NCBI RefSeq assembly: GCF_009914755.1
Contig: NC_060927.1
Direction: 5' to 3' (one strand)
DNA: 64,000 bases
Source of the DNA: the human T2T-CHM13v2.0 reference genome, Homo sapiens
Shown: piece after piece, positions 47,348 through 62,650 of the stretch
Layout: each line of letters opens with the position of its first letter
Position numbering within the stretch: the stretch's first letter is position 1
Notes under the pieces: model-generated
Told to the model about the DNA's origin: nothing
The model's database searches: none
Seen by the model: only the letters and a program-made list of their open reading frames with translations
Made by a program: the position numbers and the translations under genes

Positions 47348-49442
47348 CGTGCTCTTAAGCACAGTCCTTAAGTAATTTTGTTGGCCTGCATATTTCAGGC
47401 ATCCTATTTAATTCTAAAGTTGGTTATGTTTTCTTCTCCTGAAATATCTCATTCGAGTTTTCCTTCTCCTTCAAGCCATTTGTTATAATCTAATGAGTTT
47501 CTCAAAAATTAAGGAAAATGGAAGTCATTAAAGGCTTGTAGTAAAGGCCAGACCAAACCTATGTCTTCAGCAACATCATCATCTTAGGAAGTCTCAGTTT
47601 TCAGATCACTGGCTGATCCCAGTATGTTCTGGTGTCACATTTTAGTAACAAAATTAATTTTAAAATGTAATAGAAATAATATTTTTTATCAACGAAGTAT
47701 AGGTTACCCTTCCACTTAGCTTTTACATATGATTGACTTTACATGCCAACATCCAGCATGTACAGTGGTTTATGTTGTCCTCTCCATGTATGACCCTCCA
47801 TATAGTTATTCTCTTCAACAACCTGAATTGTCATGCATAGTGGCTCCTCCTCAGCCTTCCTCAGGTATAGAGGGAGAAATTCTCCAATCTTTATAACATG
47901 TCTGGTATTTCATAGATAATATATTAAGCTCCTCTGGTGTTTTTCACATAATCCTCCCAACAATAAAACAGTCTTATTATTGCTGCTTTGTGAACGCTAA
48001 GACCCAGACAACTGTGTTCAACAACACTGTAAAATGATTATAAAAATTCACATTTTATAAAAGCTAAAACCTGAAGACAACTAGAATGTTGGTATTTGGG
48101 GATCCATCTGGGTGATTCCAAAGCTTGCAACTCTACCAGTACTCTTGATGCCTTCCTTCATAGAATGTTGAATGTTATCATCAAGAGGTGCAATGGGACA
48201 AAAGAGAAGCCTCACTTTGTGTAATGATCTTTGGCTTCTAAAGCTTGGCTAAAACTAAAAACCATAAATAACTCCTCATATGCAAACCATATCTGAGACA
48301 ACACATTAGATTTTCTAAAAGTAAAAGAAAAAAACACATTATGAAAGCCAACTGCATCCTGAAGCAAAAAGTATCGTGAGGATTTTGCCATACAATTTTG
48401 CCAGACTTTTTTTAACCTTATTATTTTGACTAATGTATTTCCTCCTTGCTTCTATTACCAGAATTACCGACATTGTGCTCTAAAATTTGTTTTTTTTTTC
48501 TAACATAGGAAAATAATAATATCTTAACTACTTGAGAGGCTTAGAATTAAACTACTATTATATTGCTTCATTAAGTACAGGAAAAGTTCAGGGGAAAATG
48601 GAAAGTAAGAAATTTTGATGGTAATAAAAATTCACCTGCTTGGAACTAGACAGTTTTAAGAAATTCTGTTTTAAAAATACATAAACAAGAGAATTTTTGA
48701 GGATTGCTTAATGAGTGTTAACTCTTCTGAACCTCTAAGTGGAGACTTCATTCACCTGAATGGCCTTTAGATTCCTAGAAAAAAAGTAAAATGGCAAAAG
48801 GGAGACAGAGAGAGAGAGACAGATCAAACCACACATTTGGTATGCAATGCTGGCAAAAAAAAAATGCTTAAATCCACGTGGATAATGTGAACATGGAGTG
48901 GGGTATCACAATCATTTGCAACTACCTCTGCCTTGTGTCCATTAGATGTCTTTATATCTTCATGATTAATAGCAACCACTAAGTTGCTATTAATTTAAGT
49001 ATACTTAATTTACTTAAGTATACGTAAAAAGTACTTAAATTAAGTATTTTTACTCAGTTAATGGGACACACTATAGTCATCATATTATTCTTCACCACCC
49101 AGATTTCACTTACCCACAGCCAGAATATCAGCTGATCAAGGTTATTTGCTTGGAGTGGGGAGTGGTGTGTGGTGGGGGGCACTGGTGATTCATACTTTTA
49201 TTACTGTGTGCCTGATTTTTGATTGCCTTGATCTTGCCAGACTATGTTGATACAATTGCAAATTTGCTTTTGTCACTGATAATAGAACACCAAAGATTAC
49301 ATGGGTGATGCTACTGATTTATAAAAATACACTCTTCCTTATCTCTATCGTGTAAGAACAATATTGACTTATTTGCCTACTGTCCACTGGTGTGAATAAG
49401 TAACCAGATAGTGGTTGAAGCTTTAGATTCACTGAAACTCTT

Positions 49443-49936
49443 TTTTTAAATTATTTTATTATTATTATATTTTAAGTTTTAGGGTACATGTGCACAACGT
49501 GCAGGTTTGTTACATATGTATACATGTGCCATGTTGGTATGCTGCACCCATTAACTCATCATTTAGCATTAGGTTTATCTCCTAATGCTATCCCTCCCCC
49601 CTTCCCCCACCCCACAACAGTCCTAAATCATGCTGCTATAAAGACACATGCACACGTATGTTTATTGTGGCACTATTCACAATAGCAAAGACTTGGAACC
49701 AACCCAAATGTCCAACAATGATAGACTGGAGTAAGAAAATGTGGCACATATACACCGTGGAATACTATGCAGCCATAAAAAATGATGAGTTCATGTCCTT
49801 CGTAAGGACATGGATGAAGCTGGAAACCATCATTCTCAGCAAACTATCACAAGGACAGAAAACCAAACACTGCATGTTCTCACTCATAGGTGGGAACTGA
49901 ACAATGAGAACACATGGACACAGGAAGGGGAACATC
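49443..49936 (-). mobile_element. L1PA3-like insertion with 5' inversion (twin priming)
   Basis: 3' end on - (49443-49623) fused to an inverted segment on + (49624-49936); perfect 18-bp TSD agattcactgaaactctt at 49425-49442 and 49937-49954. Confidence 0.93.
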
Positions 49937-50119
49937 AGATTCACTGAAACTCTTGATGGTATCATGTCACAACACTATAACTTGTATACCTGGAAAGACC
50001 ACTTATCTAATATTCTAGAGTTGTAGGGAAGAGAAGCTTGGATTATAAAGTAGGTTCCAGAAAGTGATGGGGAAAAGGGTCAATCTAATTTTCACTTCTT
50101 GTTTTGTAGACTTAGCATG

Positions 50120-50431
<312 letters not shown>

Positions 50432-52322
50432 AGCGTAGTTTACCTATTAAAGCAAAAGTTTCATCTTGTTTAAGAATATCTCAAACCTGTAGTTAATGAC
50501 CCTTTTCCTACACCTTAGCTAAGCCTTTACCAGGCCATGCCAAGGTTCTATCAATCTATCTTTTTCCAGATGATGTAATATATGTTTGATTGTAACAATG
50601 GATCCTGTGTCAATTGTTACAACTCCTTTATTACAAATTGAGTTTCCTGGTGGATGATTATGTTACACGGAATCCTATGTTGGTAATTCAGACACTGCAT
50701 AAGCTCTCAGATAGTGGTGGCAGCAAAGGCATAATGGACTAAAGAGCAGATTAATATTTGGAATATTAGTCTATGTCAATAAGAACAACCCAGTGGTTCC
50801 TTTCAGGATGGAGGAGGTTTGATATAACTGACTTGCCAACAAGGGGCTGGCTGGTCTCCTTAAGGAATAGCACCACATTGTGGGTTTAGTGACTGCACTA
50901 ACAAGTAGGGTACTCAGCTATATTTCCACTGACTGGTCTCAGTGAAAGGCCCATGGATTGTCTATTTCTAGCACCATAGCTGGGATATTCATGAGCCTAT
51001 TGAGCAAGTAGGGATTATGGGTGGGTGTGAAGGCAGAGGCTAGCTAATATTCACTGTCAAGTGATTCTCTCCAACTGGTGGCTGAGACCCTCTTCTACCA
51101 TGGCTTCTCTGATAGTCACTGACATGAGACACAAAGACTTTTGTTCCCATTTCCAGAGGTTCATATTCATGCTTCTGCCTCAGATTTTCTTGTCCTTAAT
51201 TTTCCAATATTGCTACTTTGAGATCTCAATTCAACAATTCAAAACACTTGTCATGACCCAGGAGTATTACATACACACATGCGCACACATATATATTTAT
51301 AAAGAGAGAGAAAGAGAATTTTACTTGAGTCTACTTTTCGTAGACATAATGAACAAATACACTGATCTACTTCCTGAGAAAAGTTTTCCTCATTGCTATC
51401 CTCAAAATATCTATCTATCACAGGTGAAATTGTGTGAAACAGAAGTATGTTTTTATTCACACAAACATTAGAGATGATGCATTTATGAACCAGGACAGAG
51501 TTTTATTCTTCTCTGTCCATTGATTGAAGATACCTTACCCACCATCTTATGAAGCTGTAAGTGTGAGCTGAAAGAGTTTATAATGCAACAATGATAACAA
51601 CATGATTGGTTTGGGCCAAGTATTTATGTTATATACTTCTAGCTTCTAGACCTGCATAGGGGCCATATCAAATGTATCATTTCCAACATATGAAAGATGG
51701 GTGCTGCTCCTGCCCAACAATGTGACTTGGAAGACCTGACAATATCAATTTACAATGGACAGTTCCAGTTGCATAGTCACTGATGTCAGAGTCGGAACTT
51801 AGGCTGTAATAGGCCCCAGGAACCCAACAGGAGCTGCTTTTCAGGCAGCTATAAAAGAAAAAGAAATTACACCCAAACTCAAGAGTATAGTCTGAAAATT
51901 TCCTACTGGGATCTGGCAGAGACTCCACAAGGCATCTTTGTCTATGATGAGTACCTCTGGTTTACCTAGATCTACTGGATTATATGGCCTGAGTAGTAAG
52001 ACAGTTTATACCATAGCCTAAATCTGACACAGAGCCCATGCTTGCTCTGGGTCCCACCTAAAACTGGAATCCTTTCAAGTCACACAGTGAAAGGGTCAGA
52101 GCACTAGTTTTAAGTGTGTTGTATCTTGTCTCTGAAATCCAAAGCAGTAGACCAAGAGCTGTGTTGTTTTAGTGGATGGGATACACGATGTAGTAACATA
52201 TCCTATTCATGGAGAGGATATCCTCCAGATCATCAAACTTTTAAAACTTCACTGACATGTCAGGCCCTGAATATTTGAAGGGTTTGTCTTCAACCATCTG
52301 GCATGCAATGTGTCTTTGCAGG

Positions 52323-52688
52323 TGATATGGTTTGGCTCTGAGTCCACACCCAAATCTCATTTTGAATTATAATCCCTATGTGTCAGGAGAGGCACTTGGT
52401 GGGAGGTAATTGGATTATGGGAGCAGTTTCCCCCATGCTATTTTCATGATAGTGAGTGAGTTATCAGAATATCCGATGGTTTAAAATTGTGGCACTTCCC
52501 CCTTTGCTCTTTCTGTCTCCTGCCACCATGTAAGATGTGCCTTGCTTCTCCTTTGTCTTCCATAATGATTGTAAGTTTCCTGAGGCCTTCCCAGTAATGC
52601 AGAACTGTGAATAAATTAAACCTCTTTTCTTTATAAATTACCCAGTCTCAGGTAGTTCTTGATAGTAGTGTGAAAATGGACTAATAGA
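52323..52688 (+). mobile_element. THE1D/MSTA-like MaLR solo LTR
   Basis: tgatatggtttggctctg...caaatctcat...ttaaacctcttttctttataaattacccagtctcaggtag...ggactaata. Confidence 0.9.
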
Positions 52689-52742
52689 GTAGCCCAGGGT
52701 ACTTGCTACTCATTGCTTTCCAGGTCCAATGAACATATCCTC

Positions 52743-53385
52743 TCATTTGCAATGACATGGATGGACCTGGAGGACATTATGTTAAGTGAAATAATCTAGG
52801 CACAGAAATATAAATACTGCGTATCTCACTCATTTTTAAAAAAATGGAATTGGAGGGCCAGACATGGTGGCTCATGCCTGTAATCTCAGTACTTTGGGAG
52901 GCTGAGGTGGGTGGAACATGAGGTCAGGAGATCGAGACCATCCTGGCCAACATGATGAAACATGTCTCTACTGAAAATACAAAAATTAGCTGGGTGTGGT
53001 GGTGGGAGCCTGTAGTCCCAGCTACTCAGGAGGCTGAGGCAGGAGAATCGCTTGAACCTGGAGGTGGAGGTTGCAGTGAGCCGAGATTGCACCACTGCAC
53101 TCCATCCTGGGCAACAGAGCAAGACTCTGTCTCAAAAAAAAAAAATGGAATTGGAATTTTTAGAAAATCGATCCCATAGAAATAAAGAATAGTGGAATGA
53201 TGGTTACCAGAGGTTGGGATGACTGGGGAGTGGGGGAGATGATTGTCAGAGCACAGAAAATGACAGTTAGATAAAAGGAATAAATTCAAAAATAAATTGC
53301 ACAACATGATAACTATTGTACTTAATGATGGTATATTGTATTCTTGAAAAATGATGAGAAAGAATATTAAGTGTTCTCACCAGAA
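52743..53385 (+). mobile_element. L1MA-type 3' end interrupted by an Alu
   Basis: catggatggacctggaggacattatgttaagtgaaat...tggttaccagagg...gtgttctcacca. Confidence 0.8.
52856..53140 (+). mobile_element. Alu (AluSc-like)
   Basis: gaggtcaggagatcgagaccatcctggccaacatg; TSD aaaaaaatggaattgga. Confidence 0.93.
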
Positions 53386-54269
53386 ATCAATAATTTTCAT
53401 TTTCTTCAACTGTGTCTACTCTGCTGATTATCCCATCTAGGCAGTTTAAGTATCAGTGACTATTTTTTTTATCATAGAGTTTTTAGAATTTTAATTAGTT
53501 TCTTTTTCAGGATATTTTTGTAGATCTTATCTTAGGACTTTTGAATTACTTCTTTGCTTATCAGCTTAGGCAAGTGTATTTTACTTTCTCTTGTAGATGT
53601 TGATCTCTTTTACCAAATTTTTGGCATTTTTAATTATGCTGTTTCCCTATTAGATGATCCTTTTTATGATGCATTTTTCTCTTGTTTTGTATTGTTTTGT
53701 TTAATGTTTTGAACACATATCTAGTGAGGCTTTATTTAATTTCTCATGGTTGTGAGATGCACTTTTGTATTTTTATTGGTTACCCAGATCCCAGATTAGG
53801 ACAGACAAGCTTCTTTGTCAACTCCTTGTGATGCAGACATTTTTTTCTGTGAGTCTTTCATAGGTAAAGTTTATGAAGGGGTAACATTTCCAAATTCCAG
53901 TCTCAGGGATAAAGTTTATGAAGGAGCATCATTTCCAAATCCCAGTCTCACAAAAGTCCTGGTCCTCACCTTCTGCCATAGTATGAGTATTTAACTCAAA
54001 CTCTTAGGTTACTAAAGTTGAATTCTTTCCTGCTCCTCCACTGACAATAGCCCTACGGTTGCGTTCCATTTTGACTTCTCTGGTTTTCACTTGTCTCTGC
54101 ATTTATGTAACCTAGAGATTCCTTTTCTTTGTTGAGAGCTGAATTTTATATCTTGAAGAATGTTTATTATCCACATGTTAATTAGTGCACATTAATTCTA
54201 ATTCTTATTTCCACATGCTTTTAAAGAAAGTTTAAAAAGAATTTGATGTTCCATATTTCAGGAAATGTT

Positions 54270-56230
<1,961 letters not shown>

Positions 56231-57240
56231 TTAATGTAGTCTAAGTATTGGAGATGAAAATTAGTAAGAATAAAATGATCTCTTACAGTAAATATCATTG
56301 GATGTTACATAATCTTATTTATCTCATTCTGATTACTTGAAACACATCTAGAAATTTATATACATTTTTGTTGTTTCACTTTTTAAAGCTAAGCCCATAT
56401 TTTTAGTTTAAAAAGAACTTTCAAAATTTCGAGTTTTGTTTCTACTAGGTGTGGACAAAATACAAATTTGACAAATACGCTTTCTATTATTTCATTAAAG
56501 TATTTGGTAAAATTGAAATACATTTCCAAGTCAAATATATGACCTGAGAATACTCTAATAGTGCTTCTGCCTGAGACACTGACCATCAGTCAGTCATATT
56601 AAGGGTAGTTTTCAGTCAGAAATGACTCAGCATGAACATTACTCTCCGAAATTATAGTATTTCTTTAAATATTCCTCAGAGTAAGTAGCCTTTTTTAAAG
56701 TATTTGGATTTTTTAAAATTTAAAGTATATACAAAAAATTAAAATTACGCCAAGAATGTAAACAGATTTGAATCTAGAGATAGCAAATGTCTAAGATATT
56801 AACAAAGTATCAACTGAATAGACCAGGTATTGCCAAACATCTGGAAAACAAGATGCATTAGTTATAATGTCCTAGATTTTTATAGTGTTTTTACATTTAC
56901 CTAGCACCACCTTCTCTAATTTACTAGACCCACATAACAACTCTGCAAAGAAAAGGGCAAATCCAACCAACTCCATGGGAAAAATCTAACTCAGAAAGGA
57001 ACAGCTTTCTGTAGTGGATATATTAATACAGTTAGTTAACTGATGGGCAAATTTTGCTACTCATGTATTCTAATTTCATGACAAATATCACAAATACAAA
57101 TAAGGGCAAGGCTCCGTGTCATTTTGTGAGCCTGTGTAAAGCCAGCATTTAACTGGCTTCTTAAAGAATTGTCTGAGGGAATCTGAAAATTGAAGCCCTG
57201 AAAACAGAGTTCAGATTAAACTGACTCCAGTATCAGCTAC

Positions 57241-57457
57241 TTTTTTTTTTTTAATAGAGACAGGGTCTCGCTCTGTCACCCAGGCTAGAGTGTCGTGGCA
57301 TGAACCAGCTAATTTTTAATTTATTTTTTATTTTTGTGGAGGTGGAGAGGTCTCATTATGTTGTCCAGGCTGGTCTTGAACTCCTGGCCTCGGGTAATTC
57401 TCTCTCTTTGGCTTCCCAAAGTGCTAAGATTACAGGCATGGGCCACCATGCCTGGCC
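57241..57457 (-). mobile_element. AluJ with an internal right-arm deletion
   Basis: gagacagggtctcgctctgtcacc...gtggcatga joined to ccagctaattt; left arm intact. Confidence 0.85.
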
Positions 57458-59302
57458 AACTAAGCTTCTTTTTCAGTGGCTTGTATAATTGATAAGATGA
57501 TAAACTACACACACACACAAACACACACATAAGTATTAAAATGGAAAATACTAAACAGTAACATAATTTCAAGTCAAGACTCTTAAAATCACTACAGTTA
57601 GATACTATGCTGGAATTCAAGAAAACTGTATAAAGAATTTGTGAAAATGAATTTTCTTCCCCATGATCATGAAACAAGCTGAGCTTCTAAAGCTATTTGG
57701 ATCCTGAGCTATGGTAAATTAAGAGTGTAGAGGTGGAATGTGCCCAATAAATCATCCTACAGAGACGTGAAAGTGTAGAATTCCCCAGAAAAGCAGGCAC
57801 AGGTGACAAATACTCAGCGTGATGGTGGCCTTTCCTGTATCACCTGGTAGGTAATACAGTGAAGGCAGAGACCCGTCTAGCTCAAAGAAGTCCAGGATTT
57901 TGGTAACTTCAGGATTCCTGCTGGTGTCATGCTGACAGCTGATGTGTCTCAGTCTAGATAAAAGAAATAGGTTTTCATAAAATTTTATCTAGGTTAACTT
58001 CTCTAGGCTATTTCTTGTCACCTTGGTGCCTATTCCTCCTTGCCAGAACAGCCTATATACAATAATAAAACAGGGTGGCTGTTATCAGCAAAGGAGATGA
58101 AGTGGGATTTCTTCTCATTCACTCATTTATTAGCCATTGAGATGCCCAGGTGTGTAACAAAGGCCAAAACTTTCTGAAAGCCTCTTTTCCATTCCGGCTC
58201 TCTGAATCAATGGCTTAAGGAGTGTGCACATCCTCCTCATTATAAAATCTCAATAGATAAGCATATTGAGTACATAGATCCAACATAGCAAATATAAAAA
58301 TTTCAACTTTACTCATAGTCTGATGACAAACCAACAGTAAACTATTCCAAGAAAAATGGAGTATAAAGTAGTGAAAGCCTTAGCAGTGATTATGGAAGTC
58401 ACTTTCTTAGAGAAGTAAGAGGGATGTAAAACGAAGGCCAAACTGGCAACATGGTTTTAAAGCATTTTATACCTTTGTTCCTTTAACAGTAAGCCCAGTG
58501 TATTTTACTCAATTTCTGTTTGAGTGATTGATTATTTTAAGCCCCATAAAAATTGACCAACATGGAAACCTATAAAGAGTTGCTAATATATGCTAATATA
58601 TGAGTGAAGTGTAAGCATGTAAAAAAGCAATATGGGAGATTTAATTACAATATTCTGTGATTCTCAGGTCTTTATCTATGAAATGGAGATATAATATCCT
58701 GAAGGGTTGTTGAGATTGTTATGTTATAAATAATACCTAGCGTTCAACTGATATTAAATACAGTTATTATTATGATTTGTAAATCATAATAGTAACTATT
58801 TGTTTAGTATCAGTTGAGAATTGAGATAAATTTATGTAGAAAAGGAAGAGAGATGGTAAAGCAGATGTCCATGTGACTCCAGAGCTATTAAACTAAAATA
58901 CAAATGTGATATATAAAGTAATTAAAAAGAGGGTTTACATTTGTTAGATTTTCTTTCTCTTGCTCCAGTTACAGCTTTTACTTATCCATTGATAAAATAA
59001 GTACCATGTTAGGAGTAGACAATAAACAAATTCAGACAGATTTAGCATGCGGAAAAATGGATAAGCACTTGGACTTTAACATTAGAAGTAATTCTCTCCA
59101 AAAAACTGAAAATACATTCTACCCACTTTATCTACAATCTCCACAGAGTCAGTGCAGGATCTTCCAGAGAAGTGGTATATTGTCATGAGCCTCAACCCTC
59201 AAAGAAGAATAACATCCTTAAAAATAAGAAACTTTGAAATAAATGAGATAATAAGAATGAGATAATCTTAGAATGTTAGGGATGAAAGAATATCAGAAGC
59301 AC

Positions 59303-60682
59303 AATCAATAAATGGTGCTAGGAAAACTGGATATCCACATGCAAAAGAATGAAATTGTACGCTTTTCTTCCACCATATACAAAAACCAGCTCAAAATGCA
59401 CTAAAGACTTAACTTTTAGATCTGGAACCATAAATTTCCTAGATAAAAACATAGGGGAAAAGCTCCTTGATATTGGTCCTGGCAATGAGTTTTTGATACG
59501 ACATCAAAAACACAGACAATGAAAGCAAAAATAAACAAGTGTGACTATATCAAACTAAAAAGCTCCTGCACAGCAAAGGTAACAACAAAATGAAAAAGCA
59601 ACCTATAAAATGGGAGAAAATATTTGCACATCATGTATCTGGTAAGGGGTTAATACCTAAAATATACAAGAAATACACACCACTCAATAGCAAAACCAAG
59701 CCCCTCCCTCAAAACCCCCACAAATCCAAATAACCTGATTTTTTACATGAGCAAAAGACTTGAGCAGATATTTTCCCAAAGAAGACAAAAAATGAACAAC
59801 AGGTATATAAAAAGGTGCTCAACATCACTAATTATCAGAGAAACACAAATTAAAACCATAACGAGATATCATTTCACACTTGTTAGGATGGCTTTTATAA
59901 AAAGACAAGAGATAACAAGTGTGTGGATAACAAAGGTGTGGAGAAAAGGAAACCCTTTTACATGATTTATGGGAATGTAAATTGGTACAGCCATTATGGG
60001 AAACAGTATGTAGGTTCCTCAAAAAATTAAAAATAATACTACCATATAATCCAACAATCTAACCTTGAGGTATATATCCAAAAGAAATAAAACTAGTATA
60101 TGGAAGAGATATATGTACCCCCATGTTCACTGTGGCATTACTCAGCATACTCAAGATATAGAAACAACTTTAGTGTTCATTGACAGATGAATGGATAAAG
60201 AAATTATAGTATATTTTGCAATGGAATACTATTCAGCCATAAAAAAGAAAGAAATTCTACCTTTGCTACAACATGAATAAACCTGGAGGACATTATGTTA
60301 AGTGAAACAGCCAGACACAAAAGGACACGTACTGTATGATCTCACTTGTATGTGGAATCTAAAGCAGTTGAACTTACAGAGGCAGATAGTAGAATGGTGG
60401 TTGCCAGGGGCCAAGGACTCGGAGAAATCGGTCAGAGGATACAAATTTTTAGCTATAAGATGAACATGTTATAGGGATGAAATATACAGCATAGGTGGTG
60501 ATGGTTATATTAATTTGGTTATAATAATCGTTACATAATGTATATGTATATCAAATCAAATCATTACATAATGTATTTGTATATCAAATCATTATAATAA
60601 TCATTACATAATGTATATCAGATATATACCTTGAATATATTCAATCTTTATTTGACAACGAAATGTTTTAAATTTAAAAAAA
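59303..60682 (+). mobile_element. L1MA8-like ORF2 end and 3'UTR
   Basis: caataaatggtgctaggaaaactggatatccacatgc...aacctggaggacattatgttaagtgaa...; local tandem repeats at 60525-60620. Confidence 0.85.
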
Positions 60683-62650
60683 CACACAATACTGTCAGCA
60701 CTTGAACATTCTCAGCCTTGCTCTCTCCTCCACAAACATCCTGAGTGGTCAGAGACCACAGGTGTTAGTTGAGTGCAATGAAGCATACTTTATGATGTGC
60801 TTGAATGAGACAAAGGCCCTACCTATTCACCTTTAATATAAAGCATTTAGCATGGTGCCTAGAATGCACAGGAGTCACTAAAGTAAATGTTTAGTTGGCA
60901 AATACATACTTCAAATGAAATAGCAACAGAAAGGACAATTTTAAAAATCATTCAGTAAATATTTTCTCAAATAATTATTTTTATAAAATAATTTTGTAAA
61001 TAGTTTTACAAAACAATGGGTTTCTTTGCCCATTGTTCTAAAAGTGTTAGCAGCTAAAACTTTTTTGTATTATAAAATGTCCTCAGACATATCAGAAGAG
61101 CTGACATCGTATGCTTTGCTATGTGATGGCTGCCTAAGCATATTCCTTGAGTAATATGAACACAGATTTTTATAAATAAAAATATGTAAACAAAATTCTT
61201 TTTTTCAGAGGCAACATATTAGAGCAGATAAATCTATTTCTGTAACAGGAAGTCTGGACTATAATATGTGAAAACCTAATACCTAGTTAGAGGTAGTAAC
61301 TGTATGTAGTAATCATCATTCTCTTATGTTTAGATGTCTAATAAATATAAATAAAATATAATAATACAAATAAATAATAAATACAGAAATAACTTATGCT
61401 TCACATGGCAAGTTTCAATAGACTTGAATTTAATTTTTTGACTTGTTAATATGATACCATATTTTGTCAGAGGGAAAATTTTCTGCTAAGAAGTTTGGTT
61501 GCATGATCCTCAAACAGAGGGAATCTTAATGCACGGGACTACTACAGTTAAATTCAAATTTCATTCAACTGTCCTTAACCTGGCTTATATTGATGTATCC
61601 TTGGAATGTGTAACCTGACAAAGAGATTCTTGGCGATTCCCAATGTGTAGAGAAGCAGGGATTAAATCCACATGGCTTTTGTCACCTAAAAATGAATAAA
61701 GTTAGAAATAGTTGAGTGTCAAATATTTTTGAGTGTCTAAGAAGCCACTGGAGTTTTCGGAGCAACCATACAGGATAAATTCTAAATGTCAGAGCATGTG
61801 ATTTTCCAAATTCATTTATTTATGCAAATAATTTAACTCTGTGTCTTGTTTTACTTATGTTTTAGGATGGCATTTTTGAAGTTTAGCTTAGGTAATTTTT
61901 TTCTATGATTTTCTTTTGCTAATTGGACTCTGATTAACTCAGGTATGAGGGCACAAGAATGGCATGATACAGCAGAAATGCAGAGACAGGAAAAAAGTAA
62001 AGCACTGTTGCTTTTTAATGCAAAATATTAAAGCCTTAATGAAATGGTGCGCACTCATGCACATAGACAATTACTGTGGGAAAATATACAAAAAGAGATA
62101 AAAGATTCTCATGCTAGAACAGAGAAATATCCTGGAGTTAGAGGGATTGGAGAAAAATAAAGGAAATATAAACAGTAACATGAGGGTCCCAAAAGGAAGG
62201 ACTAAGTTACAAATTATACAAGAAAGTGTACCAGATACACTTGCACCTTGGAGAAAGAAAATGTACAAGATGCAATTGTACCTTGGATATACAAAATGTA
62301 CGTGGAAGAGTCAGCATTCAGAATGCTCCTAGTCACTAGCAGCCACTTGAGGAAATCTCATCCGTTACCTACACCTGGGAACTAAATGCTTAGCCACACA
62401 GAACCCCTAGCCTACAAGCATTGATCAACAAGCTTACCTGTGCCAAGAATTAAATATAACTTCACTCTCCACTAGCCAAGAGGACTTCCTTAGGCAGCAG
62501 CAAGGGTGCTTCCTTTAGACTTTCCAGGAACGGTGAAGCCATTTAATGCTTCTTAGTCCCCACTTGACTAAGAAGGTCTGGCTAGAAAGCTTCCTTCTTA
62601 TTTGCCAGAACATGAGAAAGCTCTGTGATGGATAGCAGAACTTTGAATAT

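Noticed and set aside
51061-51471. 136-aa plus-strand ORF
   Set aside because: Antisense to decayed ERVL pol and runs through a microsatellite.
60525-60620. Three ~30-bp repeats resembling an array
   Set aside because: Local tandem duplications of L1MA 3'UTR sequence with no unique spacers; eukaryotic DNA, so not CRISPR.
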